A DNA stretch of 64,000 nt from a virus (IMGVR_UViG_2936984999_000001:32001-96000), one strand, 5' to 3'. Shown: positions 27,664 through 37,712, counted from the first letter of the stretch. Numbers and translations are program-made. The notes: a model not told the origin generated them from the letters alone.

Positions 27664-29511
27664 ATGCGAAACAAAACGCTACTCACCATTGATGATTTAG
27701 TCAAATTTTGTGAGGAACAGAAATTTGCAAAATTCAGTTCAAATGAAACAGGATATAAACTTGCAGTAAAAGTCCCTACTACTTTTGAGTCAGAAGACTC
27801 TGTTGATGAAAATCATCGTGGTATGAAAAAAGTTAAAATTAAAATCTTCCATACTGGAGTAAATCGAAATAAATCTCGTGTTTCTAAAGAAGCTGCAGAA
27901 CGTGCAATGAAAACAATTCCTGATAGACCGGTACTCGCCGCTATCCATCAGCTTGACGATGGTTCATGGGATTTTGAAGGTCACGAAATGACAACTGTTA
28001 GAAACGAAGAAACTGGTGAAGATGAAACAGTATATATCGAATCCCAAGTTGGATCATTCTCTTCTGAACCAGCATTTTGGGAACATGATGATAAATTAGA
28101 TAAAGACTTTGTATGTGCTTATGCTTATATTGCTGAAGACTACACTCGCACCACTTCTATACTTGAAGAAAAAAACGGTACTAAAAATAGTTGTGAGCTT
28201 GTTATTGAGGAATTATCCTACGATGCAAAGGAGAAAGTTCTTGATTTAGATGATTTCTATTTAAACGCCTCGACTTTCTTGGGATCTCGTGATGATGGTA
28301 CCGAAATAGGAGAAGGCATGGAAGGTTCCAGAGCAGATATTATTGATTTTAGTGAAGCACATAATTCAGTTTTGATTGATTTACAGACTAGACTTTCTAA
28401 CGTTGAGTCTAAGTTAGAAAAGGTTTGTTTCAATAATAATACACAAATTAATCAGAAAGGAGGAAATGATCTGGTGAAATTTGAAGAATTACTTAAGAAA
28501 TATAATGTAACAGCTGATGATATTACCTTTGATTACGAGGGATTATCTGATGAAGAGCTGGAGCAGAAATTTACAGAAACATTTGATGATGACGGTGGCG
28601 CAGCTTCTGATGATGGAGCCGGTGATGCAGGTACAACTGATGGTAACTCTGATCCAGAACCTACTTCTGATGAAAATGCAGACGAAGGCAATGTTGAATC
28701 TGATCCTGTAGAAGAACCAGTAAATGAAGAGGGAGCTGGCGAAACTCAGGAAGAAAATCCGGTATCTGAAGAATCCGAAGATGAGCCTGTTGCAACATCC
28801 GATGATTCTAAAGAAAATCCAGTTGAGGAAGAGGCTTGTGGAACAGATAATAAAAAGAAAAGGAAATACTCTATCACTACTGGTGAGAAATCTGCCAACT
28901 TCGAAGTTTCTCTCGATGAGAAAATTTGGGCACTATCTGATCTAGTAAATGCTCAGTATGGAGAGTCAGATAACTGCTGGTACTCTGTAAAGGTTTATGA
29001 AAACTATCTTATTATGTATGATTATTGGACATGCATTGCTTATAAGCAGACATATTCTCAGGATGGAGATAACTTCTCTCTCATCGGTGATCGTGTAGAA
29101 GTATATGCTACATATCTTACCAAAGAGGAATTAGATGAAGTTGAAGCGATGAGAAGCAATTATGCATCTCTTGTTGAATACAAAGAAAATGCAGAGTTTG
29201 CAAAACTTCATACACAAAGAGAAGAAATTCTTAATGCTGAGAAATACAACGATCTAAGAGATACAGATGAGTTCAAAGCTCTTGTTGAGAACATGGACCA
29301 GTACAGTCTTGTTGATCTTGAAAAAGAGGCAAAAGTTATTTTTGCTGACTTTATCACATCTAATGCAGGAACTTTTTCTGCACACACTTCTGAAACAAAA
29401 TCCAAGAAAAAATTTAATGGTGGAATGACATTTGGTGTTGGTTCTGAAAAACCAGAAGCTGATAATGAAAATTCACCTTATGGAGATTATTTTAAATCTC
29501 TTAAAAAGTAA
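27664..29511 (+). CDS. Prohead protease / scaffold fusion (YonD-like)
   Basis: FHTGVNRNKS, DFEGHE, NSCEL protease-type motifs; acidic low-complexity linker; helical C-terminus. Confidence 0.75.
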   Translation: MRNKTLLTIDDLVKFCEEQKFAKFSSNETGYKLAVKVPTTFESEDSVDENHRGMKKVKIKIFHTGVNRNKSRVSKEAAERAMKTIPDRPVLAAIHQLDDGSWDFEGHEMTTVRNEETGEDETVYIESQVGSFSSEPAFWEHDDKLDKDFVCAYAYIAEDYTRTTSILEEKNGTKNSCELVIEELSYDAKEKVLDLDDFYLNASTFLGSRDDGTEIGEGMEGSRADIIDFSEAHNSVLIDLQTRLSNVESKLEKVCFNNNTQINQKGGNDLVKFEELLKKYNVTADDITFDYEGLSDEELEQKFTETFDDDGGAASDDGAGDAGTTDGNSDPEPTSDENADEGNVESDPVEEPVNEEGAGETQEENPVSEESEDEPVATSDDSKENPVEEEACGTDNKKKRKYSITTGEKSANFEVSLDEKIWALSDLVNAQYGESDNCWYSVKVYENYLIMYDYWTCIAYKQTYSQDGDNFSLIGDRVEVYATYLTKEELDEVEAMRSNYASLVEYKENAEFAKLHTQREEILNAEKYNDLRDTDEFKALVENMDQYSLVDLEKEAKVIFADFITSNAGTFSAHTSETKSKKKFNGGMTFGVGSEKPEADNENSPYGDYFKSLKK

Positions 29512-29575
29512 TTTAGAAGTAAATTATAACAACTGAATATAGAAAAAATTTTATAGTTGAACGAGGTATTTATTT

Positions 29576-29830
29576 ATGAGTGATGTATTTTATTGCTACT
29601 CTCCTACTCTTAGAAAGGAGCTTATGGAGAATGCACATCAAAGATATATTGCACGATCAGTCAATCCATCTACCAATAGAGAATTTTGGATGTTCTTATA
29701 TACAGATGAGTTGATTGATTATCTTAACAAGCGTCCTAAAACGAAACATAAGTATGTTAAGAATAGGAAGAATCCTAAGTTCGAAAATATTGAGAATACT
29801 TCTTGTAAAAATACAGAAGTAAAAAAATAA
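29576..29830 (+). CDS. Small hypothetical protein preceding a free-standing endonuclease
   Basis: GAGGT RBS; FYCYSP..NPST..FWMF pattern. Confidence 0.6.
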   Translation: MSDVFYCYSPTLRKELMENAHQRYIARSVNPSTNREFWMFLYTDELIDYLNKRPKTKHKYVKNRKNPKFENIENTSCKNTEVKK

Positions 29831-29875
29831 AAAGAACTTTTAGGGTTCTTTTTTAATTGAAAGTGAGGTTTATTT

Positions 29876-31069
29876 ATGGGTATTACATTAACTAATGAAG
29901 AATTTCAAGAAAAGTTTTATAATAAATTTGATAAAAACGAGTATACACTAATTTCTCAATATACTGGTGGATCTAATTTTATAAGAATTAGACACAAATG
30001 CGGATATGAATTTGAGAAAAAGCCTAAAAATATAATTACACCAAGAGAACATCTTAATTGTCCAAAATGTTTTGGAAAATTATATACTAAGGTAATTCCT
30101 GGAATAAATGATATGGCAACAACAAATCCAGAACTAATACCATTACTAAAAAATCCAGATGATGCTTATAAGTATAAAACTAATACAAATAAGAAAATAT
30201 ATTTTATATGCCCTGTTTGTGGTAATGAAATATATAAAACAGGAAACGAAGTATATATGCATGGATTGCAATGCAAGTATTGTAGTGATGGATTTAGTTA
30301 CGCCGAAAAATTCATGAAGTCTATATTAAGCCAACTTGGAATTAACTATATACATCAATATAATCCTGATTGGGCACAACCATATAGATATGATTTTTAT
30401 TTTAAATTAGATGGTAAAAAATATATTATCGAAATGGATGGTGGAATTGGACATGGGAATTTTACTCGTGATGGCAAACAAGACGTTATTGGAAAACAAA
30501 TTGACGACAAGAAAGATACACTGGCAAAATTACATAATATAAATGTAGTTCGAGTTGATTGCAATTATATTGATATAGAAAATAGATATAATTATATAAA
30601 AGAACATATTTTAATTTCTGAAGTGGCTCAAATCTTAGATTTATCAAAAATAAACTTTTCTTTATGCCGTATCGTTGCAGAAAAATCAATATTTATTTCA
30701 GTTTGTGATTTAGTTAAACAAGGAATGCGAAGTTTTGTAGAAATAGCTGAGAAGCTTGAAATATCAAATACCACTGTAAGTAGATATTTAAAAACTGCTT
30801 GTGAATCTGGATATCTTGATATAGATTATAACGATCTCAAACAACAATCCCTTGATATTGGATATCAAAAGAACAAACAACGAAACGAGAATCGTCCAAA
30901 TGGATTTAATCGTACTCCTGTTAAATGTATTGAAACAGGTGAAATATTTAATTCTATGGATGCGGCGGATAAAAAATATGGCGGATGTGTAAGTAGTTAT
31001 TTATCTGGATGTATAAAATATACTGGTCATTTAGATGACGGAACAGTTCTTCATTGGGAACGAATTTAA
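29876..31069 (+). CDS. Free-standing homing-endonuclease-like protein, paralog of 20959-22674
   Basis: Zinc ribbons, YDFYF..IIEMDGGIGHG..DDKKD, HTH and a NUMOD1-like VKCIETGEIFNS. Confidence 0.75.
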   Translation: MGITLTNEEFQEKFYNKFDKNEYTLISQYTGGSNFIRIRHKCGYEFEKKPKNIITPREHLNCPKCFGKLYTKVIPGINDMATTNPELIPLLKNPDDAYKYKTNTNKKIYFICPVCGNEIYKTGNEVYMHGLQCKYCSDGFSYAEKFMKSILSQLGINYIHQYNPDWAQPYRYDFYFKLDGKKYIIEMDGGIGHGNFTRDGKQDVIGKQIDDKKDTLAKLHNINVVRVDCNYIDIENRYNYIKEHILISEVAQILDLSKINFSLCRIVAEKSIFISVCDLVKQGMRSFVEIAEKLEISNTTVSRYLKTACESGYLDIDYNDLKQQSLDIGYQKNKQRNENRPNGFNRTPVKCIETGEIFNSMDAADKKYGGCVSSYLSGCIKYTGHLDDGTVLHWERI

Positions 31070-31077
31070 AATCATTC

Positions 31078-31106
31078 AGAACCTTCTATAACGAAGGTTC
31101 TTTTTT
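31078..31106 (+). terminator. Intrinsic terminator-like hairpin
   Basis: AGAACCTTC-loop-GAAGGTTCT followed by a T run. Confidence 0.65.
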
Positions 31107-31138
31107 ATTGCCTAAAAATATTAAAGGAGGAAACCGAA

Positions 31139-31684
31139 ATGGCATCTAATTTCGAAAAATATTTATACGACAAACATGGCGTATTTCATGCCACATTAAT
31201 GCACGCAACTGATATTCCAAGTGCATTTTACACAATGGTTAATAAAGATGCAGAGATGGAAAATGGTTCTGTATCTGTTCTGAAGCCAGAGAATTACGTA
31301 GAGGACGATGTATTTAAGGTAGAGGCACCAAAGATTACAGATAAAATTGTAATTCTTGCAAATGATGTAAAAATCTACGAAGAGTACACAAAGAGAATGC
31401 AGGAAGAGTCCCAGTATTTTATTGGTCAGGGAGAAAGAATTCGTGCATTTGAAACATTTGAAACAGACAGATTTAGCCTTTCTAAAGAAGCTTTCAAGGA
31501 TGAAACAGAGGTTGAAGTTGGCAAATATGTTGTTGTTGATGGAACTGGTTTCAAATTAACAACTGTTGCTGAAGACCCAAATAAAACAGCTGTAACGCAT
31601 GGTTTTGTTGGCTATATCTACAAGCAGTGGCCAAACGGTGAATATGCAGTATTCGTTAAAAGAAATGCTGCAGTTGAAGCCTAA
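31139..31684 (+). CDS. Head decoration / capsid-associated protein (YonC-like)
   Basis: Strong AAGGAGG RBS, immediately before the major capsid gene, MENG motif. Confidence 0.6.
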   Translation: MASNFEKYLYDKHGVFHATLMHATDIPSAFYTMVNKDAEMENGSVSVLKPENYVEDDVFKVEAPKITDKIVILANDVKIYEEYTKRMQEESQYFIGQGERIRAFETFETDRFSLSKEAFKDETEVEVGKYVVVDGTGFKLTTVAEDPNKTAVTHGFVGYIYKQWPNGEYAVFVKRNAAVEA

Positions 31685-31705
31685 TAGAAAGGAGGAAATA
31701 TCATA

Positions 31706-32809
31706 ATGAGAAAATTATTATTTGCTGAATATACTGATTTAAATCAGGCAAAATTTAAAGATGCAAAAGATATTAGAACTTTTACAAAAATTTGTATTGA
31801 TACATATAATGGTACACTTCAGAACCAGTCTGTAGCAGATGCCAATACTGTAATTAGAACAAAATTTAGAGAAATTGCAGGACTTTCCGAGGATGCAACT
31901 GATAATCAGATTAAACGTGCATTAGGAAGAACTGCAGTAAGAGAAGCATTATTCGAGATTATTGAGGATACAATTGATGATACATTGGTAACAGGTTGGT
32001 CAGCAGATCCATTCTTCAGAAAATATGTTGATTTTAAGAATACAACAATCGGAGAGAAAAACAGTTTCTATATTAAAGATGATTGTATTCTTACTGTAGC
32101 AAAACTTTCTGGTGGACAGCACGCAATTGAACGTCAGAGACTTGGCGCTGGACAGACTCGTACAGTTAGTACAAGCTACTTTGGATTAGGCGTATACATG
32201 AGTCTTCTTAGATTTATGCAGGGCGTTGAAGATTGGAACGAACTGATTAACAAAATTACAGAGGCATTTGATCGTTATGTAAATACAATGCTTCATGATG
32301 CTGTTATGTCTGCATCTCAGCAGCTTCCAGTTCCTACAAAATGGAATATCAAAGGTGAAGCTAAAGCTGAAAATAGAGCAAAGCTGAAAAGACTTATCTC
32401 TGACGTGCAGCTTGCTACCGGTTCTAAGGCAGTAATTATGGGTACTGAAGTAGCTCTTGGAGAACTTCAGAACTTTGGTAATGTACAGTGGATTTCTAAT
32501 GAAGCAAAATCTGATATTTATAGAATGGGTCGTCTTGGATCATTCGAGGGAACAGAGATTGTAGAGATTCCACAGGCATTTGCTTACAATGATGTTGAGC
32601 ACTATCTGGAAGATGATAAGAAACTTCTGGTTATGCCTAATAACATTGATAAGTTCGTTAAGTTCGTTTATGAAGGTTCTGATGCAACATTTGAAAGAAA
32701 CGAAATGGGCGAGACTGGCGATGAAACAAAAGATTACCGTATTAGAACTTGCATGGGTCTTGAGACAATGACTAATGTACGTTTTGGTACATGGACTCTT
32801 GAGGCGTAA
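31706..32809 (+). CDS. Major capsid protein
   Basis: 367 aa, strong RBS, position, IERQRLG and GRLGSFEGTEIVEIP motifs as in SPbeta-like capsids. Confidence 0.8.
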   Translation: MRKLLFAEYTDLNQAKFKDAKDIRTFTKICIDTYNGTLQNQSVADANTVIRTKFREIAGLSEDATDNQIKRALGRTAVREALFEIIEDTIDDTLVTGWSADPFFRKYVDFKNTTIGEKNSFYIKDDCILTVAKLSGGQHAIERQRLGAGQTRTVSTSYFGLGVYMSLLRFMQGVEDWNELINKITEAFDRYVNTMLHDAVMSASQQLPVPTKWNIKGEAKAENRAKLKRLISDVQLATGSKAVIMGTEVALGELQNFGNVQWISNEAKSDIYRMGRLGSFEGTEIVEIPQAFAYNDVEHYLEDDKKLLVMPNNIDKFVKFVYEGSDATFERNEMGETGDETKDYRIRTCMGLETMTNVRFGTWTLEA

Positions 32810-32831
32810 TTTCGTCTAATATAAAAATATT

Positions 32832-32865
32832 TAGGAGTGTGGTTGATTACTACACTCCTATTTTT
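32832..32865 (+). terminator. Intrinsic terminator after the capsid gene
   Basis: TAGGAGTGTGG-loop-CTACACTCCTA followed by a T run. Confidence 0.7.
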
Positions 32866-32887
32866 ATGAATGAAAGGAAAAATAACT

Positions 32888-33550
32888 ATGAAAGTTTTTG
32901 AGCTTGCAAAAGAAATTGGTGTACCAAGTTCAGATGTTGTAGCGCTATTAAAGGAAAATGAAGTTCCTGTAAAAAATCATATGACTCCACTTTCTGATGA
33001 AGCAATTGAAATGGTAAGAGCCAATTATATTACGGTTCCGGACGAACCTGAAAAAGTAGAGGTAAAAGAACCTAAAAAAGTAGTAAAAACAGACGCAGAT
33101 TACAGACCAGAGGAAATGATTCCATGTAGGTCACTTTTTGCCGGTGTACTCTTGTTTACAGGTGATCATACACATATGACATATGCGTTTAATGGTGCTG
33201 GTGACAGACGAAATATTGAGTATCAGGATTTAAAAGCTGCAATGCTTCAACACAAAGGTTCTATATTCGATCCAGATATTATTATTGAGGATGAAAATCT
33301 TATTAATGACGAGCACTGGTTTGAAGTAAAGGAAGTTTATGAAAATATGTTTAACGAAAAAGATATTGAGAAAGTAATGAACCTTCCATATCGTGATTTT
33401 GAAAAAGCATTTATTCAGCTTCCAATTACAGCCAAAAAAAGAATTATTACTACTTACGCTACACAGATGGAAAACGGTACATTTGAACAGTGGAACAAAG
33501 CGAAAATCATTGACAAAGTTTGTGGTACTCGTTTTGATCTGAAAATGTAA
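32888..33550 (+). CDS. Virion-module protein with IF2 N-terminal-like domain
   Basis: MKVFELAKEIGVPSSDVVALLKENEVPVKNHMTPLSDEAIEMV matches the IF2_N pattern; ATG at 32888 after AAAGGA. Confidence 0.7.
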   Translation: MKVFELAKEIGVPSSDVVALLKENEVPVKNHMTPLSDEAIEMVRANYITVPDEPEKVEVKEPKKVVKTDADYRPEEMIPCRSLFAGVLLFTGDHTHMTYAFNGAGDRRNIEYQDLKAAMLQHKGSIFDPDIIIEDENLINDEHWFEVKEVYENMFNEKDIEKVMNLPYRDFEKAFIQLPITAKKRIITTYATQMENGTFEQWNKAKIIDKVCGTRFDLKM

Positions 33551-33572
33551 TTAATAAGATCGGAGGTACTAT

Positions 33573-34028
33573 ATGACCTACGATGAAATATTTAACAGAT
33601 TTTATAATCTAATGGATGATCCAAACTTCTATAAATTGCCACAAGATTTCGCGTATGATCGTATGCGTTCATGGTTGCATGATGCTGCATCAAAGCCATA
33701 TATTAAGAAGAAATTTTCTCAGTTAAAATTGGATGATAGATTGTTAGAGTTAACTTACTCTCTCAATAACCCATCAGATCAGAAATCAGATGATGATTTT
33801 GTAATAAATATTTTTGCTCAATATATGGTAATCGGTTGGTTAAAGCCACAGGTTGACAATGCGATTAATACAGCAAGAATTATTGGTAGCAAGGAAGAAA
33901 AGAACATCCAATCTAACTATAAGGCAAATATAGAACGACTAGAATCTTTAGAGCGTAATCTTCGAAAATTTATCCGTGATGATGGATATATAAACAACAG
34001 TTATATCTCCGGAGGTGAAACGTCATGA
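33573..34028 (+). CDS. Head-tail adaptor-like protein
   Basis: Position, size, helical character, GGAGGT RBS. Confidence 0.6.
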   Translation: MTYDEIFNRFYNLMDDPNFYKLPQDFAYDRMRSWLHDAASKPYIKKKFSQLKLDDRLLELTYSLNNPSDQKSDDDFVINIFAQYMVIGWLKPQVDNAINTARIIGSKEEKNIQSNYKANIERLESLERNLRKFIRDDGYINNSYISGGETS

Positions 34029-34357
34029 CGAAACACCGTTACGGAAAATTTAGTGATATGCAAATGTCAGAAATTAAGAAGACCTTACGAGGTTCTATTT
34101 TTTTCTTATTACAATGTGCAGATCCTAATACTTCAAGTAAATATCCAGGTAAAGACGTAAATAAAATATTTCAGAATATTCAATATGACTTAGATGGATT
34201 GAACAGCTTACTCTTCTATCCTGTTGAGTTAGTTCCTGTGATTGAATTATTGGAAGCTGCCAGAGTTACATACAATAAACCAGATTCTAAATTTGAGGAT
34301 TATAGAAAACTCATTTTAGATGCCGGTGTTGCTGTATTGAAAATAAAGGAGGACTGA
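34025..34357 (+). CDS. Hypothetical virion-module protein
   Basis: ATGA overlap with the upstream gene; GGAGGTG RBS. Confidence 0.65.
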   Translation: MTKHRYGKFSDMQMSEIKKTLRGSIFFLLQCADPNTSSKYPGKDVNKIFQNIQYDLDGLNSLLFYPVELVPVIELLEAARVTYNKPDSKFEDYRKLILDAGVAVLKIKED

Positions 34358-34359
34358 TT

Positions 34360-34933
34360 ATGCCTACCTTTAGAGAGATGCAACAACTATATGCGAATAT
34401 TGGAACGGTTGGTCAACAGATTAAAAAACAATCTGATGATGCTATGGAAGCGACATGGGATAATTCTATCGCATCAAGGGTTTGTTACATCTATGATTAT
34501 TATCATGATGACTCTCCTACTTTGAATAGAAATATTACCTATGGACCATACACAACCAAAACTCGTATTGATGCAAAATTTATTGTCAAATCTTATAGCT
34601 CACTGGATAAAGACCAGATTGAGTATTATCTACAATTTAAACCAAGTCAGAAGACACAATTCGAACCAACTGATGAACTCTATTATTTTGAAACAGATTA
34701 CAGACGAAAATACGGATCAGACGATTTTGTAGGAATGTATTGTGATGTAGCTGATGATCAAGGTATTTATCATAGATGGCTTATCTGTACAAAAGAAATA
34801 GGCAATCAGTTTGTCAAATATAATATTCTTCCATGTGATTATTGGTTTCATTTTATTGTAAAGAAAAACGGTAAACGGTATAAACGGAAAATTTGGGGAG
34901 TGACGAGGACACAATCCTCGTACAACAGCGGAT
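34360..34933 (+). CDS. Head-closure/neck-like protein, exon 1
   Basis: Coding to ...TQSSYNSG + T; followed by a group I 5' splice site. Confidence 0.7.
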
Positions 34934-35284
34934 CTGTTACATGGTCCTTCCCATTAGAAATAAGGGGAAATCTATCCTTTGAATTGCTGGAAATTCCTAA
35001 AGACAATTAAACTACAACGCAAGTATGAAATATAACTAACCGTGAATGTGGCGAAAGCAGAAAAAATTAATTGTATGAGAACGAGGTTAAAACCCCTGTT
35101 CTCTTTTTTAATGGAAAATCAGCAGCGAAGCCTCGAATAGAGGAACGTTCAACGACTAAGCTACCTAAGTAGGTACTGTGGAGGACATCCGAAAGGATGA
35201 AGATATAGTCTGAACTTCTTTCGAAAGAAAGAGAAAACCGAAAGGTCTTATTTGAATTAACGAATCAAATAAGTAACGCATTTG
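34934..35284 (+). mobile_element. Group I intron (351 nt, no ORF)
   Basis: P1 GGAU/GUCC with U.G pair; P GAATTGCTGGAA, Q AATCAGCAGC, R GTTCAACGACTA, S AAGATATAGTCT; ends in G. Confidence 0.88.
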
Positions 35285-35295
35285 TATGGACTGAT
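35285..35295 (+). CDS. Micro-exon (~11 nt; 3' boundary uncertain by up to 4 nt)
   Basis: T+TATGGACTGAT restores the frame G-L-W-T-D joined to Y-Y-S-T of exon 3. Confidence 0.65.
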
Positions 35296-35612
35296 AAGTA
35301 ATTGTCCACTGCATTTGGAAACTGTGCAGTGAATTTCTTCTAATTGCTGGAAACTCTTTAGAAATTTGTAAACTACAACGCAAGCATGAAAAATGGCTAA
35401 TCGTGAATGTTAAAAATTACAAATATTAGATAATCAGCAGCCAAGACTCGAATAGAGTAAGGTTCATCGACTATTATGTAGGACAAGTGTCCGAAATGGA
35501 GAACACCTAAACCACAAGGCATGGTGAAGATATAGTCAGCACTTCATATGAGAATATGAGAAAAGCATTCGTGCTCTTTTGCAGCTTAACGAACTGTAAA
35601 AGTAACATAAGG
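35296..35612 (+). mobile_element. Group I intron (~317 nt, no ORF)
   Basis: P TAATTGCTGGAA, Q AATCAGCAGCC, R GTTCATCGACTA, S AAGATATAGTCAG; P10 AGTAAT/ATTACT; ends in G. Confidence 0.85.
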
Positions 35613-36323
35613 TATTACTCTACTTCCACTGAGAGCCAGTTTAAGGCAATCGTTCCGTTAAATCCAATTACCGAAGATATCTACTATGTAGAAGAAGACA
35701 ATAAAAATATGCGTATAATCATTTCTGCACCTGTAGAAAAACCAAATGTATTCCAGATAAGTAAAGTTGAAACAGCTCCACTATTTGGATTAAAGAGACT
35801 TACTTTTGCACAGGATAAATTTGATCCTTATACAGATGGTAGAGATGATGTTGAAATTGCTCAAGGCGACATTTTTGCTATGTATGCAGATTTATATGAC
35901 AATGAAGTACCTACTGATACTCCATTCCATACAGATAGTGAGATAAAAATGGATACTATTCATTGTGATTTATCATGTAATGCCAATAAGATTAAGATTG
36001 GCGGTAGTTATAAGTTAATTACTGCAAAATTCTTTAATATACAGGGAAGTGAAATTACAGATGAATTTATTCCATATTTAGCAAAAAGCAGCTGGTCATG
36101 TTATGTAAAAAATAATAGACATGAAGACCCAGATGAAATCGAAGTCACAGATAATACTGATTTAATCACCTGGCTAGAACAAAAAGAAAGCAATAAAATT
36201 AAAATTAAAATAGCAGACAATAAAGAGTATTTAACGAAAATTCTTGTAATTAAATGCTCTATAAATAAAAATGGAAGAAATATTGTTGGAGAAATTCAAC
36301 TTCAAATTTCATCCGTATTATAA
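35613..36323 (+). CDS. Head-closure/neck-like protein, exon 3
   Basis: In frame after splicing (spliced product ~431 aa); beta-rich C-terminus. Confidence 0.7.
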   Translation, partial: YYSTSTESQFKAIVPLNPITEDIYYVEEDNKNMRIIISAPVEKPNVFQISKVETAPLFGLKRLTFAQDKFDPYTDGRDDVEIAQGDIFAMYADLYDNEVPTDTPFHTDSEIKMDTIHCDLSCNANKIKIGGSYKLITAKFFNIQGSEITDEFIPYLAKSSWSCYVKNNRHEDPDEIEVTDNTDLITWLEQKESNKIKIKIADNKEYLTKILVIKCSINKNGRNIVGEIQLQISSVL

Positions 36324-36336
36324 AGGAGGCTCATAA

Positions 36337-36957
36337 ATGGATAAGCTTCAAACAAAGCAGGAACTTCTTGCAAAGCTTACAGCATTAACGAGCGTTCCTG
36401 ATGATAATAATATTTATCTAAAAGAAAAGGTTAAAAAAGCCTTACTAAAATCTCCAGAACTCTTGTATGCATTTCACAATTTAGACCTAGAAGATACTGA
36501 ACTTTTTAATCCGGACGGAACTATCAACTACACAGGTGATTGGTCTATGTACTATGGAGAAGAGGGGAATATCCACCCTCACTTCTATTTACCTAATACA
36601 CAAGATAAAGTTCGGCACCATCTTTGTTTTAAAACTGAATTCACAGACATTCCAAAGTACAACCAAATCATGTGTTATATGAATGTTACTTTTTTAGTAA
36701 TGGTAGATGTACGTGATGCAATTGATCCACTTACAGGAATTGCACGACACGATCTTATTGGCTCAATTCTTCGTGAAAGATTTAATTGGTCTAATATTTT
36801 TGGTGCACATTGCAATATTGTAAGCGACAAGGAATCTTTTACAGATTCAAATTATATCATTCGCACTATTGTACTTGAACAGGAAACCACAAATAATATC
36901 ACCGGTATTCGAAATGGAAAGCGACAGGTTATTAATAAACAGACATGGACAAGTTAG
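36337..36957 (+). CDS. Tail terminator-like protein
   Basis: Position before the tail tube; beta-rich with RHDLIG motif; AAGGAGG RBS. Confidence 0.55.
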   Translation: MDKLQTKQELLAKLTALTSVPDDNNIYLKEKVKKALLKSPELLYAFHNLDLEDTELFNPDGTINYTGDWSMYYGEEGNIHPHFYLPNTQDKVRHHLCFKTEFTDIPKYNQIMCYMNVTFLVMVDVRDAIDPLTGIARHDLIGSILRERFNWSNIFGAHCNIVSDKESFTDSNYIIRTIVLEQETTNNITGIRNGKRQVINKQTWTS

Positions 36958-37712
36958 AGTTTGATGAATCAATCTTTAAATATGATGAGTGCAAACTTCT
37001 ATTTAGAGAACCATATAGACTGAACAGTTATATAACGATTTCGCAACCGACTATGCAGGATATTATTAATTTTGGTGAACAGGAATATTATCAGATGATA
37101 GGCTTGTTATGTGGTACACCGTCAGATTTTAAAGTAATGCTTTGGGATAATGGGCAAGATTGGAATAAGATTAGTGAATTTGATTTTTTCTGTGTTTTTG
37201 CCACAAGCTTAACACCAGACAAAACAGGAATTTTATTTGGAGATTTAGATTTTAGTAAATTCCGCTTGGCTACGAAAAATGAGACAGGCGAAACAGTTCT
37301 TTATAATGAAGAACTTGATTTTGCAATTGATTCCTTTATTTATCATCACATAGTTTCTTATATAAGGCGTATTAATGGCATGACTTATACAGGAACTAAG
37401 ATTATAAAAGGAGCAACTGCAAAGAAATTGGTTATCGAAAGAGACCGAAATAGAATGAAAGCTCAGGCAAATAAGCCGTATGAATCACAATTAGTTAATT
37501 TGATTTCTGCTATGCTTGTTTATCCTGGTTTCAAATATAGTAAAGATCAGTTAAAAGAATGCGGAATATATGAATTTATGGATGCTGTTAAGCGTTCACA
37601 GATATACACTTCTACTATTGCTCTTACACAAGGAGCTTACAGTGGATTTATGGATACAAAAAATATTAAGCAGGAATCATTTAACTGGTTACGTAGTACA
37701 GACCAAACTTAG
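36945..37712 (+). CDS. Hypothetical tail-module protein
   Basis: 255-aa ORF overlapping the upstream gene. Confidence 0.65.
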   Translation: MDKLEFDESIFKYDECKLLFREPYRLNSYITISQPTMQDIINFGEQEYYQMIGLLCGTPSDFKVMLWDNGQDWNKISEFDFFCVFATSLTPDKTGILFGDLDFSKFRLATKNETGETVLYNEELDFAIDSFIYHHIVSYIRRINGMTYTGTKIIKGATAKKLVIERDRNRMKAQANKPYESQLVNLISAMLVYPGFKYSKDQLKECGIYEFMDAVKRSQIYTSTIALTQGAYSGFMDTKNIKQESFNWLRSTDQT

